DNA from: an uncultured Gammaproteobacteria bacterium
GTDB taxonomy: Bacteria; Pseudomonadota; Gammaproteobacteria; JAKDMP01
Assembly: GCA_963843735.1 (NCBI GenBank)
Contig: CAWJLN010000001.1
Location: 129,023-193,022 of the forward strand
Direction of reading: 5' to 3'
DNA: 64,000 bases
Positions 53,192-63,391 of the stretch are shown one piece after another. A program made the position numbers and the translations under genes. Below the pieces are notes generated by a model. The model was not told the DNA's origin, ran no database searches, and was given only the letters and a program-made list of their open reading frames with translations. The stretch's first letter is position 1. The number at the start of each line of letters is the position of its first letter.

Positions 53192-54484
53192 GTGAGCTTT
53201 AGAGAGATCGATGTGAAAAAAAATATTTTAGGGCAAAGCTTGGAAATGTGGGTCTTATCCCTGTTCCTGTTTGTGTTTGGCCTGTGCATTCCAGTGATTT
53301 CTCAAGCACTGATCTATCCGGTAGTTTTTTGGCTTCTAATCTTTTGGAAAGGCAGGGTTATAAAGGATTTTGTAATTCAAATTTCTATCCTCGCCATGTT
53401 TTGTGCAACGTACTATCTTGTTAGCTATGGATATGGCTACGTTTCCTTTGCGTATGTTATTCACAGGCCCCTTCTGTTCATTGGGTTATATGGCTTGGGG
53501 TATTATTTGGGGAAAAGAAGAGGGCCAGCTTGGCCGGATAGTTTAGTTTTGCCCTTGATTGCGTTTGTTGCCGGATTTGCCTGTTATACATTTTTGTTAT
53601 TTTATAATATTACTCCGACGCAGCTTTCCGAAGCTGCATCCTCCCGCACTATAGATAGCTTTTGGCGCGGAGGACAGAGTGATATTGCAACCATTATAGG
53701 CTTGTATGCATCGCTTGGTTTGTGCCTCGCACCTGTTTTGTTATTTATGGCAAGAAGGAAAATCAGGAGCTATCAAGCATGGGTCTTTTCGGCAATAATT
53801 ATATTATTTGTTGTCAATGCGTTGTTTATTATCATCGTGTTCCAAGATAGAACACCGCTTGTGGCCCTGGCGCTTTCTTTTATAGCATGTTTGGGTGTAT
53901 TCCTGCTCTCGAAACAAGAAGATTCGGGCTCGGGGAACAAGAAGCTCTTTAAGGCGCTACTAATATTTGTGGGACTTGGTATTGCTGCGTTTGCTGTCAT
54001 GAGCTATGTCAACCTCAGTGACGTTTTTGTACGATTCTCGAATAAGGGTCTGGATACACCAAGATTTGCGGCGTGGGCAGATATGATCTCGGAGCTTCCT
54101 GCTCATCTTGCGGGTGGCAGGACTGCTGCAATTAACGGGCTGAATTATGTGCATGACACTTGGCTTGATGTTGCATATACCGCGGGGGTCCTGCCCTTTC
54201 TGTTTCTGTTGATTTTTAATATAAGTCATTTCTGGAGCACGTTCAAGGTTATTAAATCGGGCTTTCCGCAATTACTCAGGTTGATAATTTGTGCGCTGGG
54301 AGTTTCGTTTGTAACCGGACTTTTTGTCGAACCGGTTCTTAGTGGATATCCGTATTATTTTGGTTTGAGTTGCTTGTTCTTCGGTATGGCAAGACGGCTG
54401 TCACGCGAGTATAATCGGGGGCACCTTGATAACCTGCATCAACAAGCATATGCATATGCTCCCGAACCGGTTGTTAACTCATGA
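53192..54484 (+). CDS. wzy: polytopic membrane protein, candidate O-antigen/EPS polymerase Wzy
   Basis: 430 aa with ~10-11 TM segments and a larger loop (...RFAAWADMISELPAHLAGGRT...HDTWLDVAYTAGV). Position in the locus supports the call. No strong motif. Confidence 0.55.
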   Translation: MSFREIDVKKNILGQSLEMWVLSLFLFVFGLCIPVISQALIYPVVFWLLIFWKGRVIKDFVIQISILAMFCATYYLVSYGYGYVSFAYVIHRPLLFIGLYGLGYYLGKRRGPAWPDSLVLPLIAFVAGFACYTFLLFYNITPTQLSEAASSRTIDSFWRGGQSDIATIIGLYASLGLCLAPVLLFMARRKIRSYQAWVFSAIIILFVVNALFIIIVFQDRTPLVALALSFIACLGVFLLSKQEDSGSGNKKLFKALLIFVGLGIAAFAVMSYVNLSDVFVRFSNKGLDTPRFAAWADMISELPAHLAGGRTAAINGLNYVHDTWLDVAYTAGVLPFLFLLIFNISHFWSTFKVIKSGFPQLLRLIICALGVSFVTGLFVEPVLSGYPYYFGLSCLFFGMARRLSREYNRGHLDNLHQQAYAYAPEPVVNS

Positions 54485-54591
54485 TATTTCACGCATGTAT
54501 GCAGGTTGGGAAAAGCATATTGACGTCACGGGTCTGGCATGTATATCCGTCCATGCTTGTCTGATTTCTTGATGCAGGGCAGCCTCTGTTT

Positions 54592-55404
54592 ATGAATAAT
54601 ACTTTTCGAGTGAGTGTCATTACGGTTTGCTGGAACTGTGCTGATGAAATTGAAAATACGGTCAGGAGCGTTCTTGACCAAACCTATAAGAACATCGAAT
54701 TTATCGTTATAGATGGAGGGTCAACTGACGGCACACTGGAATATCTGGAATCCTTATCGAAAAGAATTGACGTTCTAGTTACGGAGTCAGATAAGGGTCT
54801 TTATGATGCGATGAACAAGGGTGTTAATCGGGCGTCTGGAGATTATGTAATTTTTATGAATGCTGGCGATAAATTTTTGTCGAATAAAGTCGTCAAAGAC
54901 GTGATAGAGGATCCAGAAATAATCGAGGGGAAACCAAAAATTATATCCGGCAGGGTGCAGTTTGAATATAAGGGAAAGCTGTTAAACAGGTTTAGGCCCT
55001 CAAAATTTGGGAAGGGATCTGCTGGATTGCCGCACCAGGCGACTTTTATTGACAAGCAATTACAGGAAGACAATCCTTTTGATATCCGTTTAAAGTGGGT
55101 TGCGGACTATGAGCTGTGGCAAAGATTGAAGTTTAAGGGTTTGTTTGATGTTTTTTATATTCCAAATGTGATAGCTGTTTTTGCTCTTGGCGGCAGATCG
55201 AATGACGTAAAATATGACACAAGGCGTCTTGCGGAACGCCTATTTGTTGATAGCATCTACTCGGACGATTTTGGGGTTTCCAAGTGGATAAAGGCGATTG
55301 TAAAGATCATTTTTAGGCGTATTGTATATAGGCTTTTTGGCAGTGGTTTATTATATTGGTCTTTATATGTTTCCAGAGCAAGGTTTTTTGAAAGAAATGC
55401 TTGA
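54592..55404 (+). CDS. glycosyltransferase family 2
   Basis: VSVITVCWNCADEIENTVRSVLDQTYKNIEFIVIDGGSTDGT and FMNAGD (DxD-equivalent). Confidence 0.85.
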   Translation: MNNTFRVSVITVCWNCADEIENTVRSVLDQTYKNIEFIVIDGGSTDGTLEYLESLSKRIDVLVTESDKGLYDAMNKGVNRASGDYVIFMNAGDKFLSNKVVKDVIEDPEIIEGKPKIISGRVQFEYKGKLLNRFRPSKFGKGSAGLPHQATFIDKQLQEDNPFDIRLKWVADYELWQRLKFKGLFDVFYIPNVIAVFALGGRSNDVKYDTRRLAERLFVDSIYSDDFGVSKWIKAIVKIIFRRIVYRLFGSGLLYWSLYVSRARFFERNA

Positions 55405-55523
55405 TTATAAATTGCGAATTAAAATAACCTTTCACGGGGGTGCGTGCCAATTTCTAGGGCATATTCGTAGCCAGCGCTCTATATAATCAGCGAAAGTTAC
55501 TTTCAATTTATTCAGGAAGAGAC

Positions 55524-56636
55524 ATGAGCAAGACAGCATTGATTACCGGGGTGACCGGACAAGACGGGGCATACCTGGCCGAGTTTCTATTGAACAAAGG
55601 GTACGAGGTGCACGGTATTAAACGTCGTTCCTCGTTATTTAACACGGCTCGTATTGATCACCTGTATCAGGATCCCCATGTTTCTAATCGTCATTTTTTC
55701 TTGCATTACGGAGATTTGACAGATTCGACCAATTTAATACGCATCATGCAACAGGTCAGGCCAGATGAGATATACAATCTCGGGGCTCAGAGTCATGTTG
55801 CGGTGTCGTTTGAAAGCCCGGAGTACACGGCAAATAGCGATGCGATCGGAGCATTGCGTCTGTTGGAGGCCATTCGCATTCTTGGATTTGAGGAAAGTAC
55901 TCGTTTCTATCAGGCGTCAACCTCCGAACTGTATGGCAAGGTTCAGGAAGTACCACAATGCGAAACTACGCCATTTTATCCGCGTTCTCCTTATGGCGTG
56001 GCTAAATTGTACGCATACTGGACTACAGTGAACTACCGAGAATCCTATGGAATGTATGCATGCAATGGAATCCTGTTTAATCACGAGTCGCCGTTACGTG
56101 GAGAAACTTTTGTGACGCGCAAGATCACCCGCGCACTGAGCCGAATTTTACTAGGGCTGCAGGACCGTCTTTACCTGGGGAACCTTAACGCTTTGCGTGA
56201 TTGGGGGCATGCACGTGATTACGTCGAAGCGCAGTGGCTCATGTTGAGGCAGGATAAACCGGAAGATTTCGTGATTGCCACAGGCACGCAACATTCTGTA
56301 CGTGAGTTTGTTGAGGGCGCGGCGAATGAACTGGGCATAGGGATCACTTGGGAAGGCAAAGGCGTAAATGAAGTTGGTAAGGTTTCTTCGTTGCCTGATG
56401 GCTCATCATTACATAAAGGACAGACTATCGTTGCGGTTGATCCACGGTACTTTCGTCCGGCCGAAGTGGATAGCCTCCTGGGTGACCCCGGTAAGGCAAA
56501 GGAGCAGCTTGGTTGGACGCCAAAGATCGGATTCGAGGAACTTGTCCGCGAAATGGTAGAAAGCGATCTGTCTATAGCAAAACGTGATCTGTTGGTCAAA
56601 AACGCCGGCTTCCATACGTACTCATATCACGAGTGA
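55524..56636 (+). CDS. gmd: GDP-mannose 4,6-dehydratase
   Basis: [55 protein letters not shown] and [17 protein letters not shown]. Confidence 0.95.
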   Translation: MSKTALITGVTGQDGAYLAEFLLNKGYEVHGIKRRSSLFNTARIDHLYQDPHVSNRHFFLHYGDLTDSTNLIRIMQQVRPDEIYNLGAQSHVAVSFESPEYTANSDAIGALRLLEAIRILGFEESTRFYQASTSELYGKVQEVPQCETTPFYPRSPYGVAKLYAYWTTVNYRESYGMYACNGILFNHESPLRGETFVTRKITRALSRILLGLQDRLYLGNLNALRDWGHARDYVEAQWLMLRQDKPEDFVIATGTQHSVREFVEGAANELGIGITWEGKGVNEVGKVSSLPDGSSLHKGQTIVAVDPRYFRPAEVDSLLGDPGKAKEQLGWTPKIGFEELVREMVESDLSIAKRDLLVKNAGFHTYSYHE

Positions 56637-57568
56637 AGACGCCAGTGGATCGTGACGCCAGGATATTTGTTGCGGGCCATAGAGGGTTGGTTGGCAGTGC
56701 TATTGAGAGACGGTTGAAAGCGGAGGGGTTTGATAATTTGATTACTCTTGAACATGGGCAGCTGGACTTGACCAACCAGGCAGAAGTGATGAATTTTTTT
56801 CAGAGAGCAAATCCCGATTATGTGTTCTTGGCTGCAGCTAAAGTTGGCGGCATTCACGCAAATAATACATATCCGGCCGAATTCATTCGCGATAATTTAG
56901 TTATCCAGAACAATGTTATTCATGCTGCTTTTTTGTCGAGAGTGCGTAAACTGTGCTTTCTGGGGTCGTCGTGCATATATCCCAAGCATGCAGCACAGCC
57001 GATAACTGAAGATGCACTACTTACAGGGCCACTGGAGCCGACCAACGAGTGGTATGCGGTGGCGAAGATTGCCGGAATCAAGATGTGTCAGGCATATCGG
57101 CGGCAATACGGTTTTAATGCAATCAGCCTGATGCCGTCGAATCTATATGGTCCGGGTGACAATTTCGACCTGCAGAATTCGCACGTGCTGCCGGCACTGA
57201 TCCGTAAGTTTCACGAGGCGAAGATGACAGGGGCCAAAGAAGTAGTAATGTGGGGTACTGGATCGCCTCGACGAGAGTTCCTCCATGTCAATGACTTGGC
57301 TGACGCGGTGGTGCATTTAATGCAAAAATACGATGAAGAAGAGATTGTCAACGTGGGTACAGGCGAAGATATTAGTATTTTAAATCTGGCTGAGTTGATC
57401 CGGAAGGTGGTTGGCTTCCGTGGCCGTATTGTTAATGATGCCAGCAAGCCGGACGGTACTCCGCAAAAACTGCTGAATGTATCCCGGCTGCATTCACAGG
57501 GCTGGAAAGCGAAGATTCCTTTGTTGGAGGGTATTCACCAGACTTATAGGTGGTTTTTATCCCACTAG
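56633..57568 (+). CDS. fcl: GDP-L-fucose synthase (GDP-4-keto-6-deoxymannose 3,5-epimerase/4-reductase)
   Basis: [41 protein letters not shown] and [12 protein letters not shown] overlap with gmd. Confidence 0.95.
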   Translation: MKTPVDRDARIFVAGHRGLVGSAIERRLKAEGFDNLITLEHGQLDLTNQAEVMNFFQRANPDYVFLAAAKVGGIHANNTYPAEFIRDNLVIQNNVIHAAFLSRVRKLCFLGSSCIYPKHAAQPITEDALLTGPLEPTNEWYAVAKIAGIKMCQAYRRQYGFNAISLMPSNLYGPGDNFDLQNSHVLPALIRKFHEAKMTGAKEVVMWGTGSPRREFLHVNDLADAVVHLMQKYDEEEIVNVGTGEDISILNLAELIRKVVGFRGRIVNDASKPDGTPQKLLNVSRLHSQGWKAKIPLLEGIHQTYRWFLSH

Positions 57569-57689
57569 TCCGATCTTCGAGCTTGATCTGTGTGTAGTAA
57601 TATAATCGTTGATCCGTGTGGCGCGGGCACTACTTCCGCGTACTAAAACTTGTGGAATTGCAAAGGTTAAGACAGGTAGAATTTAGATT

Positions 57690-58919
57690 ATGTCTAATAT
57701 CCTGTATTACAGTAATCACTTGCGTGGCCCTCAGGGTGAGGCGGGTGCCAGGACATGGCATCAGGTCAAATGTCTTTCAGAGCAACATTTCGTATCCGTA
57801 ATTATTCCCGGCATTGATCCCGTAACTCAAAAAAAGGTAACGGATGATACTTGCGCCGGCTTAAATCGCCAGAAAGTGAAAGTTATTAAAACTTGGACAT
57901 CGAAAAGCGATCGTTCGAGACGTTGGCGAAGGGTTGTTTTTTTTGTGTCGGCAATGGCTGGGCAGTTCTGGTATGGAATGAAAGAGCGCAGGCCAGATCT
58001 GGTGCTCTCCATGAGTGTGCCGATTACCCAGTTATTGGTGGCTCGGATTATCGCCTCGATTCGGCGGGTTCCGTTTGGAATCAATGTAAGGGATTTTCCG
58101 GTGGAAACGGCGAGAGAGGTTGGTTACGCGAAATCGAGAAGGTTTGCGGCATTGATGATTTGGCTGGAGACACGTATATTCAGGAGCGCCGATTTTATTC
58201 TTACAGTTTCACCATATTATGTTGAGTTTTTAAAAGAACGTGGCGTAGACGGGAGCAAGGTAACGCTTGCTCCGATTGGCTATGATGATTTTACGGCACC
58301 GGCAATTGAAACCATTGAACTTTGGCGTCAGAGAATGGAGAAATCATTGCGGAAAAATTCTGGCGAGTGTTTCATTGGCCTTTACGCTGGCACCCTGGGC
58401 CACGCATTTCCGGTGGAAAAAATTATGAATGGAGCTGAACGTTTACGCTACGATACCAACGTCGGGTTCGTGTTTGTTGGCGATGGGCAACGCGAGGCGG
58501 AGTTTAAGGCGGATATGGAAAAAAAAGGAATTAATGGTCTTTTTTTGGGGCGTCAAAAGAAGGCGGATGTCCACGCTATTTGTCGAGCAGTGGATTTTTG
58601 TATTTACCCTGCCGCGGCCGGGAAGTTCGCAAGCGGCATTTTGGGAAACAAGGTGTTTGACTACCTCGGCGCGGGTAAACCCATTTTATACGTAGGGGGT
58701 AAAGGTGCGGTGCGGGATGTGATCGAGGAGCTTGGCGCCGGCATGTTCTGTGAGCATGAGGATGTTGTATTCGCCGAAAATGTTCTAAAGCTTAAATATA
58801 GCGAGTCACTCCGCGCAAAACTTTCTAAAAATGCGGCAGGTTTCCGAAGCAAAAATTATACTGCCAGTTCGTCGGCGGGGAAACTTGCTGTGTTGGCAAA
58901 CCAATATTCACGACGGTAA
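57690..58919 (+). CDS. glycosyltransferase, GT4 family (WbuB/WcaI-like)
   Basis: 409-aa GT-B-like organisation. C-terminal ...GNKVFDYLGAGKPILYVG resembles the EX7E region. Weaker motif support than the other GTs. Confidence 0.7.
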   Translation: MSNILYYSNHLRGPQGEAGARTWHQVKCLSEQHFVSVIIPGIDPVTQKKVTDDTCAGLNRQKVKVIKTWTSKSDRSRRWRRVVFFVSAMAGQFWYGMKERRPDLVLSMSVPITQLLVARIIASIRRVPFGINVRDFPVETAREVGYAKSRRFAALMIWLETRIFRSADFILTVSPYYVEFLKERGVDGSKVTLAPIGYDDFTAPAIETIELWRQRMEKSLRKNSGECFIGLYAGTLGHAFPVEKIMNGAERLRYDTNVGFVFVGDGQREAEFKADMEKKGINGLFLGRQKKADVHAICRAVDFCIYPAAAGKFASGILGNKVFDYLGAGKPILYVGGKGAVRDVIEELGAGMFCEHEDVVFAENVLKLKYSESLRAKLSKNAAGFRSKNYTASSSAGKLAVLANQYSRR

Positions 58920-58986
58920 TGCTATGTTTGGTTAAGAACTTGGCATGATGTGATGTTTTTATCCGCTATAAGCGAGTCGCTGCGTG

Positions 58987-59880
58987 ATGAGAAGGATTAA
59001 TACTATAGTGTCAGAGAAAAGTTTGCCAATGCAAAGCGTTGTGATTATAGGTGCGCCGCGCTCCGGCACTAATATGCTAAGAGACGTGTTGACTTCATTC
59101 GATGGAATCGGAACTTGGCCCTGTGACGAGATCAATTATATTTGGCGGCATGGGAATGCCAAGTATCCGTCGGATGAGATTCCTGAGGATATGGCCACGC
59201 CAAAGGTGTTGTCGTACATCCGCGATCGCTTTGAGGCAATAAGGCGAGAGCAAGATGTAAATATAGTCGTGGAAAAGACTTGCGCGAATTGTCTCCGAAT
59301 TCCATTTGTTGATCGTGCGCTTCCTAATGCGAAATATATATACATCTACCGGGATGGTATTGACGCTGCCGGCTCGATAAAACAGAGATGGGCGGCCGGT
59401 CTCGATATTTCCTACCTGATGAAGAAAGTACGTTTCGTGCCGATATCAGACGTGCCATATTATGGGGCGCGCTACCTTTGGAGCCGGATTTACCGTGTTC
59501 TCTCCAATGATAAGCGTCTTGCTTTTTGGGGGCCAAAATTCAATGATATGCAAGATATGCTGATGTCGTTCTCTTTGAACGAAGTATGCGCTATTCAGTG
59601 GCAGCGCTGTGTAGATAAAGCGGAGGCGGGTTTGTCGTTAATGCCTGCAAATAAGATAGCAAAGGTACGTTATGAAGATTTCGTTAATAATCCCGCAATT
59701 GAGTTGAAGAAATTGCTTAATTTCTTGGGCTATGAGGTTTCTGAGGAACGGGTCAGTACGGCAGTAAAATGTGTATCAACGAAAAGTTTGGGAAAGGGAC
59801 GGGAAGTGCTTGGTGAGGATGAGGTCCGCCGGCTTGAAGCTTTGGTGTCGGCGTCATTGAAGCGTTATGGCTACCTCTAG
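58987..59880 (+). CDS. PAPS-dependent sulfotransferase family protein
   Basis: 5'-PSB loop VVIIGAPRSGTNMLRD and a 3'-PB-like YIYRDGIDAAGS. The start could also be ATG 59029. Confidence 0.8.
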   Translation: MRRINTIVSEKSLPMQSVVIIGAPRSGTNMLRDVLTSFDGIGTWPCDEINYIWRHGNAKYPSDEIPEDMATPKVLSYIRDRFEAIRREQDVNIVVEKTCANCLRIPFVDRALPNAKYIYIYRDGIDAAGSIKQRWAAGLDISYLMKKVRFVPISDVPYYGARYLWSRIYRVLSNDKRLAFWGPKFNDMQDMLMSFSLNEVCAIQWQRCVDKAEAGLSLMPANKIAKVRYEDFVNNPAIELKKLLNFLGYEVSEERVSTAVKCVSTKSLGKGREVLGEDEVRRLEALVSASLKRYGYL

Positions 59881-59899
59881 TTCAAGCCCGTCACTATCA

Positions 59900-60493
59900 A
59901 TGCGACAGTCTATTGCCAAGCGAACATTCGATTTTGTGGGTTCCCTTGTGGGTTTGCTAATACTGTGGTGGCTGATCTTGCTGGCTTTTTTATGCGCCTG
60001 CATCGATACTCGGAGTAATGGTTTTTTTATTCAACAACGGGTGGGGCGCCAAGGCCGCTTGTTTCAGGTGATAAAAATAAAAACTATGCGGTCAACCAGC
60101 GTGTTCAAGACGACGGTAACACGTTCAGATGATCCTCGTATAACGAAGCTGGGCGCTTTTTTGCGGAAGACAAAAATTGATGAGCTGCCCCAGCTTTGGA
60201 ATGTTTTGTGTGGCCATATGAGCTTTGTGGGGCCACGTCCTGATGTATCGGGGTTTGCCGATCATTTGCAAGGCGTAGATCGTGCTGTGCTTTCCATTCG
60301 TCCTGGGATTACCGGACCTGCCACGCTCAAGTACCGTGGGGAGGAAGAAATTTTGGTTTCGCAGACAGATCCAGAGGCGTATAATCGTGACGTCATTTAC
60401 CCTGACAAAGTGAGTATCAACCTGGATTACATTCGTGACTGGAGTTTTATAGGGGATCTTTGTTACATCTGGAAAACTGTTTTGGGTGACTAA
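59900..60493 (+). CDS. monotopic phosphoglycosyl transferase (bacterial sugar transferase, PglC/WbaP C-terminal type), initiating enzyme
   Basis: KRTFDFVGSLVGLLILWWLILL (re-entrant helix), DPRITKLGAFLRKTKIDELPQLWNVL and MSFVGPRP. Confidence 0.85.
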   Translation: MRQSIAKRTFDFVGSLVGLLILWWLILLAFLCACIDTRSNGFFIQQRVGRQGRLFQVIKIKTMRSTSVFKTTVTRSDDPRITKLGAFLRKTKIDELPQLWNVLCGHMSFVGPRPDVSGFADHLQGVDRAVLSIRPGITGPATLKYRGEEEILVSQTDPEAYNRDVIYPDKVSINLDYIRDWSFIGDLCYIWKTVLGD

Positions 60494-60504
60494 GGGTTTA
60501 ATCT

Positions 60505-61680
60505 ATGCTCAACGGGTCTTTTCCTCCCTGGCCGTCTTATACTCAGGAAGAGGCGGATGCGGTGCGTCGGGTATTGCTCTCCAATAAGGTTAATTATTGG
60601 ACGGGCCAGGAGTGCCGGGAGTTTGAAAGGGAGTTTGCCTCATGGGTGGGTACCGGCTACGCAATTGCCCTTGCCAACGGCACGGTGGCCCTGGATGTAG
60701 CCTTGAAGGCGCTGGGTATTGGTGCTAATGACGAAGTGGTGGTTACCTCGCGGACCTTTATGGCGACGGCATCCTGCATTGCCAATGCAGGCGCTATTCC
60801 GGTGTTTGCCGATGTAGACAGGAACAACCAGAACATTACCGCCGAGACGGTGCGAGCAGTGTTGACGTCGCGTACTCGCGCCATTATCTGTGTGCACTTG
60901 GCTGGTTGGCCCTGCGAGATGGATGCCATCATGGCATTGGCCAAAGAACACGATCTGTTTGTCATCGAGGATTGTGCCCAAGCGCATAGCGCGATCTACA
61001 TGGGTAATCCGGTAGGCTCCATCGGACATATCGGGGCTTGGTCTTTCTGCCAGGACAAGATTATGACCACGGGTGGGGAGGGTGGCATGATCACCACCAA
61101 TGATCGCACACTGTGGTCAAAAATGTGGTCATTCAAGGATCATGGCAAAAGCTGGGGGGCGGTTTACGCGCGTGAGCATGCGCCGGGGTTTCGTTGGCTG
61201 CACGAGTCTTTCGGGACCAATTGGCGAATGACCGAGATGCAGGCGGCGATCGGACGTATCCAGCTTGGCAAGTTACCCGCCTGGAGCGAACGCCGGAGGC
61301 GCAACGCGCATGTCCTTGCCTCAAGGTTGTCCGTCTTGCCGGCGTTGCGGGTGCCGATGCCGCAGAAGGGTGTCGAGCATGCATACTACAAATTCTATGT
61401 ATTCGTTCGGCCGGAGCGATTAGGCGCAGGATGGAATCGAGATCGTATTCTCCAGGAGATTTTGACGCGGGGGGTGGTTTGTGGACAGGGCTCATGTTCG
61501 GAAGTTTATTTGGAGAAAGCTTTCGAGGCGACGGGCTGGGTTCCCGACCCAAGATTACCGGTTGCCAAGGAACTTGGGGAGACCGCATTGATGTTTCAGG
61601 TGCATCCGACCTTGGAAGAGGATGATATGCACAGAATGGCCGACATTATTTGCGACGTAGTGTGTGCGGCTCAGCATTGA
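60505..61680 (+). CDS. DegT/DnrJ/EryC1/StrS-family sugar aminotransferase
   Basis: EFEREFASWVGTGYAIALANGTVALDVAL, DEVVVTSRTF, and a candidate PLP-lysine context FCQDKIMTTGGEGG. Confidence 0.85.
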   Translation: MLNGSFPPWPSYTQEEADAVRRVLLSNKVNYWTGQECREFEREFASWVGTGYAIALANGTVALDVALKALGIGANDEVVVTSRTFMATASCIANAGAIPVFADVDRNNQNITAETVRAVLTSRTRAIICVHLAGWPCEMDAIMALAKEHDLFVIEDCAQAHSAIYMGNPVGSIGHIGAWSFCQDKIMTTGGEGGMITTNDRTLWSKMWSFKDHGKSWGAVYAREHAPGFRWLHESFGTNWRMTEMQAAIGRIQLGKLPAWSERRRRNAHVLASRLSVLPALRVPMPQKGVEHAYYKFYVFVRPERLGAGWNRDRILQEILTRGVVCGQGSCSEVYLEKAFEATGWVPDPRLPVAKELGETALMFQVHPTLEEDDMHRMADIICDVVCAAQH

Positions 61681-61733
61681 GCTGCGTAGGAGTTGCTTTT
61701 ACAAACCTGTGTCTTTTTTGCGGGATTATATAC

Positions 61734-61762
61734 TTGACGAACCCATAACCCTTTGCTATGCT
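61734..61762 (+). promoter_or_regulatory. candidate sigma70 promoter TTGACG-N17-TATGCT
   Basis: The hexamers were read directly. It lies ~25 nt upstream of the GGGAGGG RBS and ATG 61789. Confidence 0.35.
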
Positions 61763-61788
61763 TTGCGTAACCGTTGGGAGGGAATGTC

Positions 61789-62034
61789 ATGCAGGCCGCT
61801 AAAACTGGGTTCATCTATTTTGGGTTTGAGTGCCCCTCATGCGGAGCATTCATCCCTTTACAAGAATCCACCAAAGAAGGCCAAGAAACTCTCCCATTTT
61901 CCGGCAACGGCGATGTATCTGCCGAATGCCAAAACTGCGGTAAGACTTCATCGGTTCCACCAGAGCAAATTCTAGCCCGGGCGGTAGTGAATAAGGCTGA
62001 AGGTTCAATTTCTCGCCTTTGCGAAGGTAAATAA
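61789..62034 (+). CDS. small zinc-ribbon-like protein (81 aa), function unknown
   Basis: CPSC...CQNC pairs and a GGGAGGG RBS. The stop lies 2 nt before the transposase ATG. Confidence 0.4.
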   Translation: MQAAKTGFIYFGFECPSCGAFIPLQESTKEGQETLPFSGNGDVSAECQNCGKTSSVPPEQILARAVVNKAEGSISRLCEGK

Positions 62035-62036
62035 TC

Positions 62037-62966
62037 ATGTCTAACCTCAATGCTCCTCATTTCCAAGATGCCGATAAGGCCCGCGAGTACCTTGAGGCAC
62101 TACGCTGGCCTAATGGCCCCGTATGCCCGCACTGCGGGAGTGAGAACGATCACTACCGAATCACGGGCAAGAGCGCCCGTCCCGGCCTGTGTAAGTGCAA
62201 GGATTGCCGCAAGCAGTTCTCCGTCACTGTCGGGACTGTGTTCGAGCGTTCCAAGATTCCGCTCAATATCTGGCTACAGGCCACTTTTCTGGTCTGCTCA
62301 AGCAAGAAGGGCATCAGCGCTCACCAGATACACCGTATGCTCGGCGTGACCTATAAGACTGCTTGGTTTATGTGCCATCGCATCCGCGAGGCCATGACCA
62401 TGAATCCTAACGGGCTTCTCGGCTCGGGCGGCAAGACCGTCGAGGCCGATGAAACCTATTGGGGAAATATGCCCGGCAAGACCAAGCGCCAAGGCTACCA
62501 GCACAAGATGAAGATCGTCGCACTAGTCGAGCGTGAGGGCGACGTGCGCTCATTCCACGTCCCGCATGTGAGCGGCAAGACGCTGCGCCCAATCCTCAAG
62601 GGTCAGATAGCCTCCGAGGCCCGTCTCATGACCGATGAGGCGCGCATGTATATCAAGATAGGCCGCGAGTTTGCGTTTCACGGCGTAGTTAATCATTCCG
62701 CTGGTGTCTATGCCGATGGGGATATAACTACCAACACCATCGAATCTGTGTTTAGCCTACTCAAGCGTGGCCTAGTCGGCACCTTTCACCATGTAAGCGA
62801 GGAACACTTGCAGCGCTATCTGCATGAGTTCGACTTCCGCTACAACCTGCGCAGCAGCCAAGGGTTTGACGATGCAGACCGCACGGATGCCGCCCTGATC
62901 GGTATAGCGGGAAAGCGCCTTACCTATCGGCGGACTCAAGAAGAAGCCCAAATAGCGGACCTTTAG
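62037..62966 (+). CDS. IS1595-family (ISXO2-like) transposase
   Basis: N-terminal zinc ribbon (PVCPHCGS...CKCKDCRKQFSVTVGTVFERSKIPLNIWL), HTH-like GISAHQIHRMLGVTYKTAWFMCHRIREAM, and a DDE region (VEADETYWG...LMTDEARMY...NTIESVFSLLKRG). Confidence 0.85.
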   Translation: MSNLNAPHFQDADKAREYLEALRWPNGPVCPHCGSENDHYRITGKSARPGLCKCKDCRKQFSVTVGTVFERSKIPLNIWLQATFLVCSSKKGISAHQIHRMLGVTYKTAWFMCHRIREAMTMNPNGLLGSGGKTVEADETYWGNMPGKTKRQGYQHKMKIVALVEREGDVRSFHVPHVSGKTLRPILKGQIASEARLMTDEARMYIKIGREFAFHGVVNHSAGVYADGDITTNTIESVFSLLKRGLVGTFHHVSEEHLQRYLHEFDFRYNLRSSQGFDDADRTDAALIGIAGKRLTYRRTQEEAQIADL

Positions 62967-63362
62967 CCGCTATCTGGGCAAAATCCTCCATTCCGGCCTA
63001 TACTCCATAGGCCAGCGCTCTTGCTGGTAACCGTTGAATGCAATTACGGAGGACTTATGTCAGCCCAATTTTTGTGTTTCCCCGCTTCGCTTGGTCTCTG
63101 CAAAGACCTGTGATCTGACCTAGGGGAACGGTAGGCTGACAGGGCGAACTTATACCATCGGCCCGGCAGTTTGAGTTAGCGAAAGTTAGCGAGAAAGCGT
63201 CTGGTCGGTGCAAGGCCTGAAAGTCTTGCAGGACAGTCAGGCCCCGTGCTAATACACGGGATAAGCTCGGGACAGTCGGTCAGAGCTACTTGGAACCCGA
63301 ACCCCGAAAGGGACAACTCGGAGAAAGAGAGTAGCGAAGGCTGTTCCTGTCAGCCGCTTATA

Positions 63363-63391
63363 AAACCGGATCATTTCTCCGGTTTCTTTTT
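63363..63391. terminator. bidirectional intrinsic terminator
   Basis: AAACCGGA-TCATTTC-TCCGGTTT followed by CTTTTTC on the plus strand. On the minus strand the stem is followed by TTTTAT. Confidence 0.6.
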
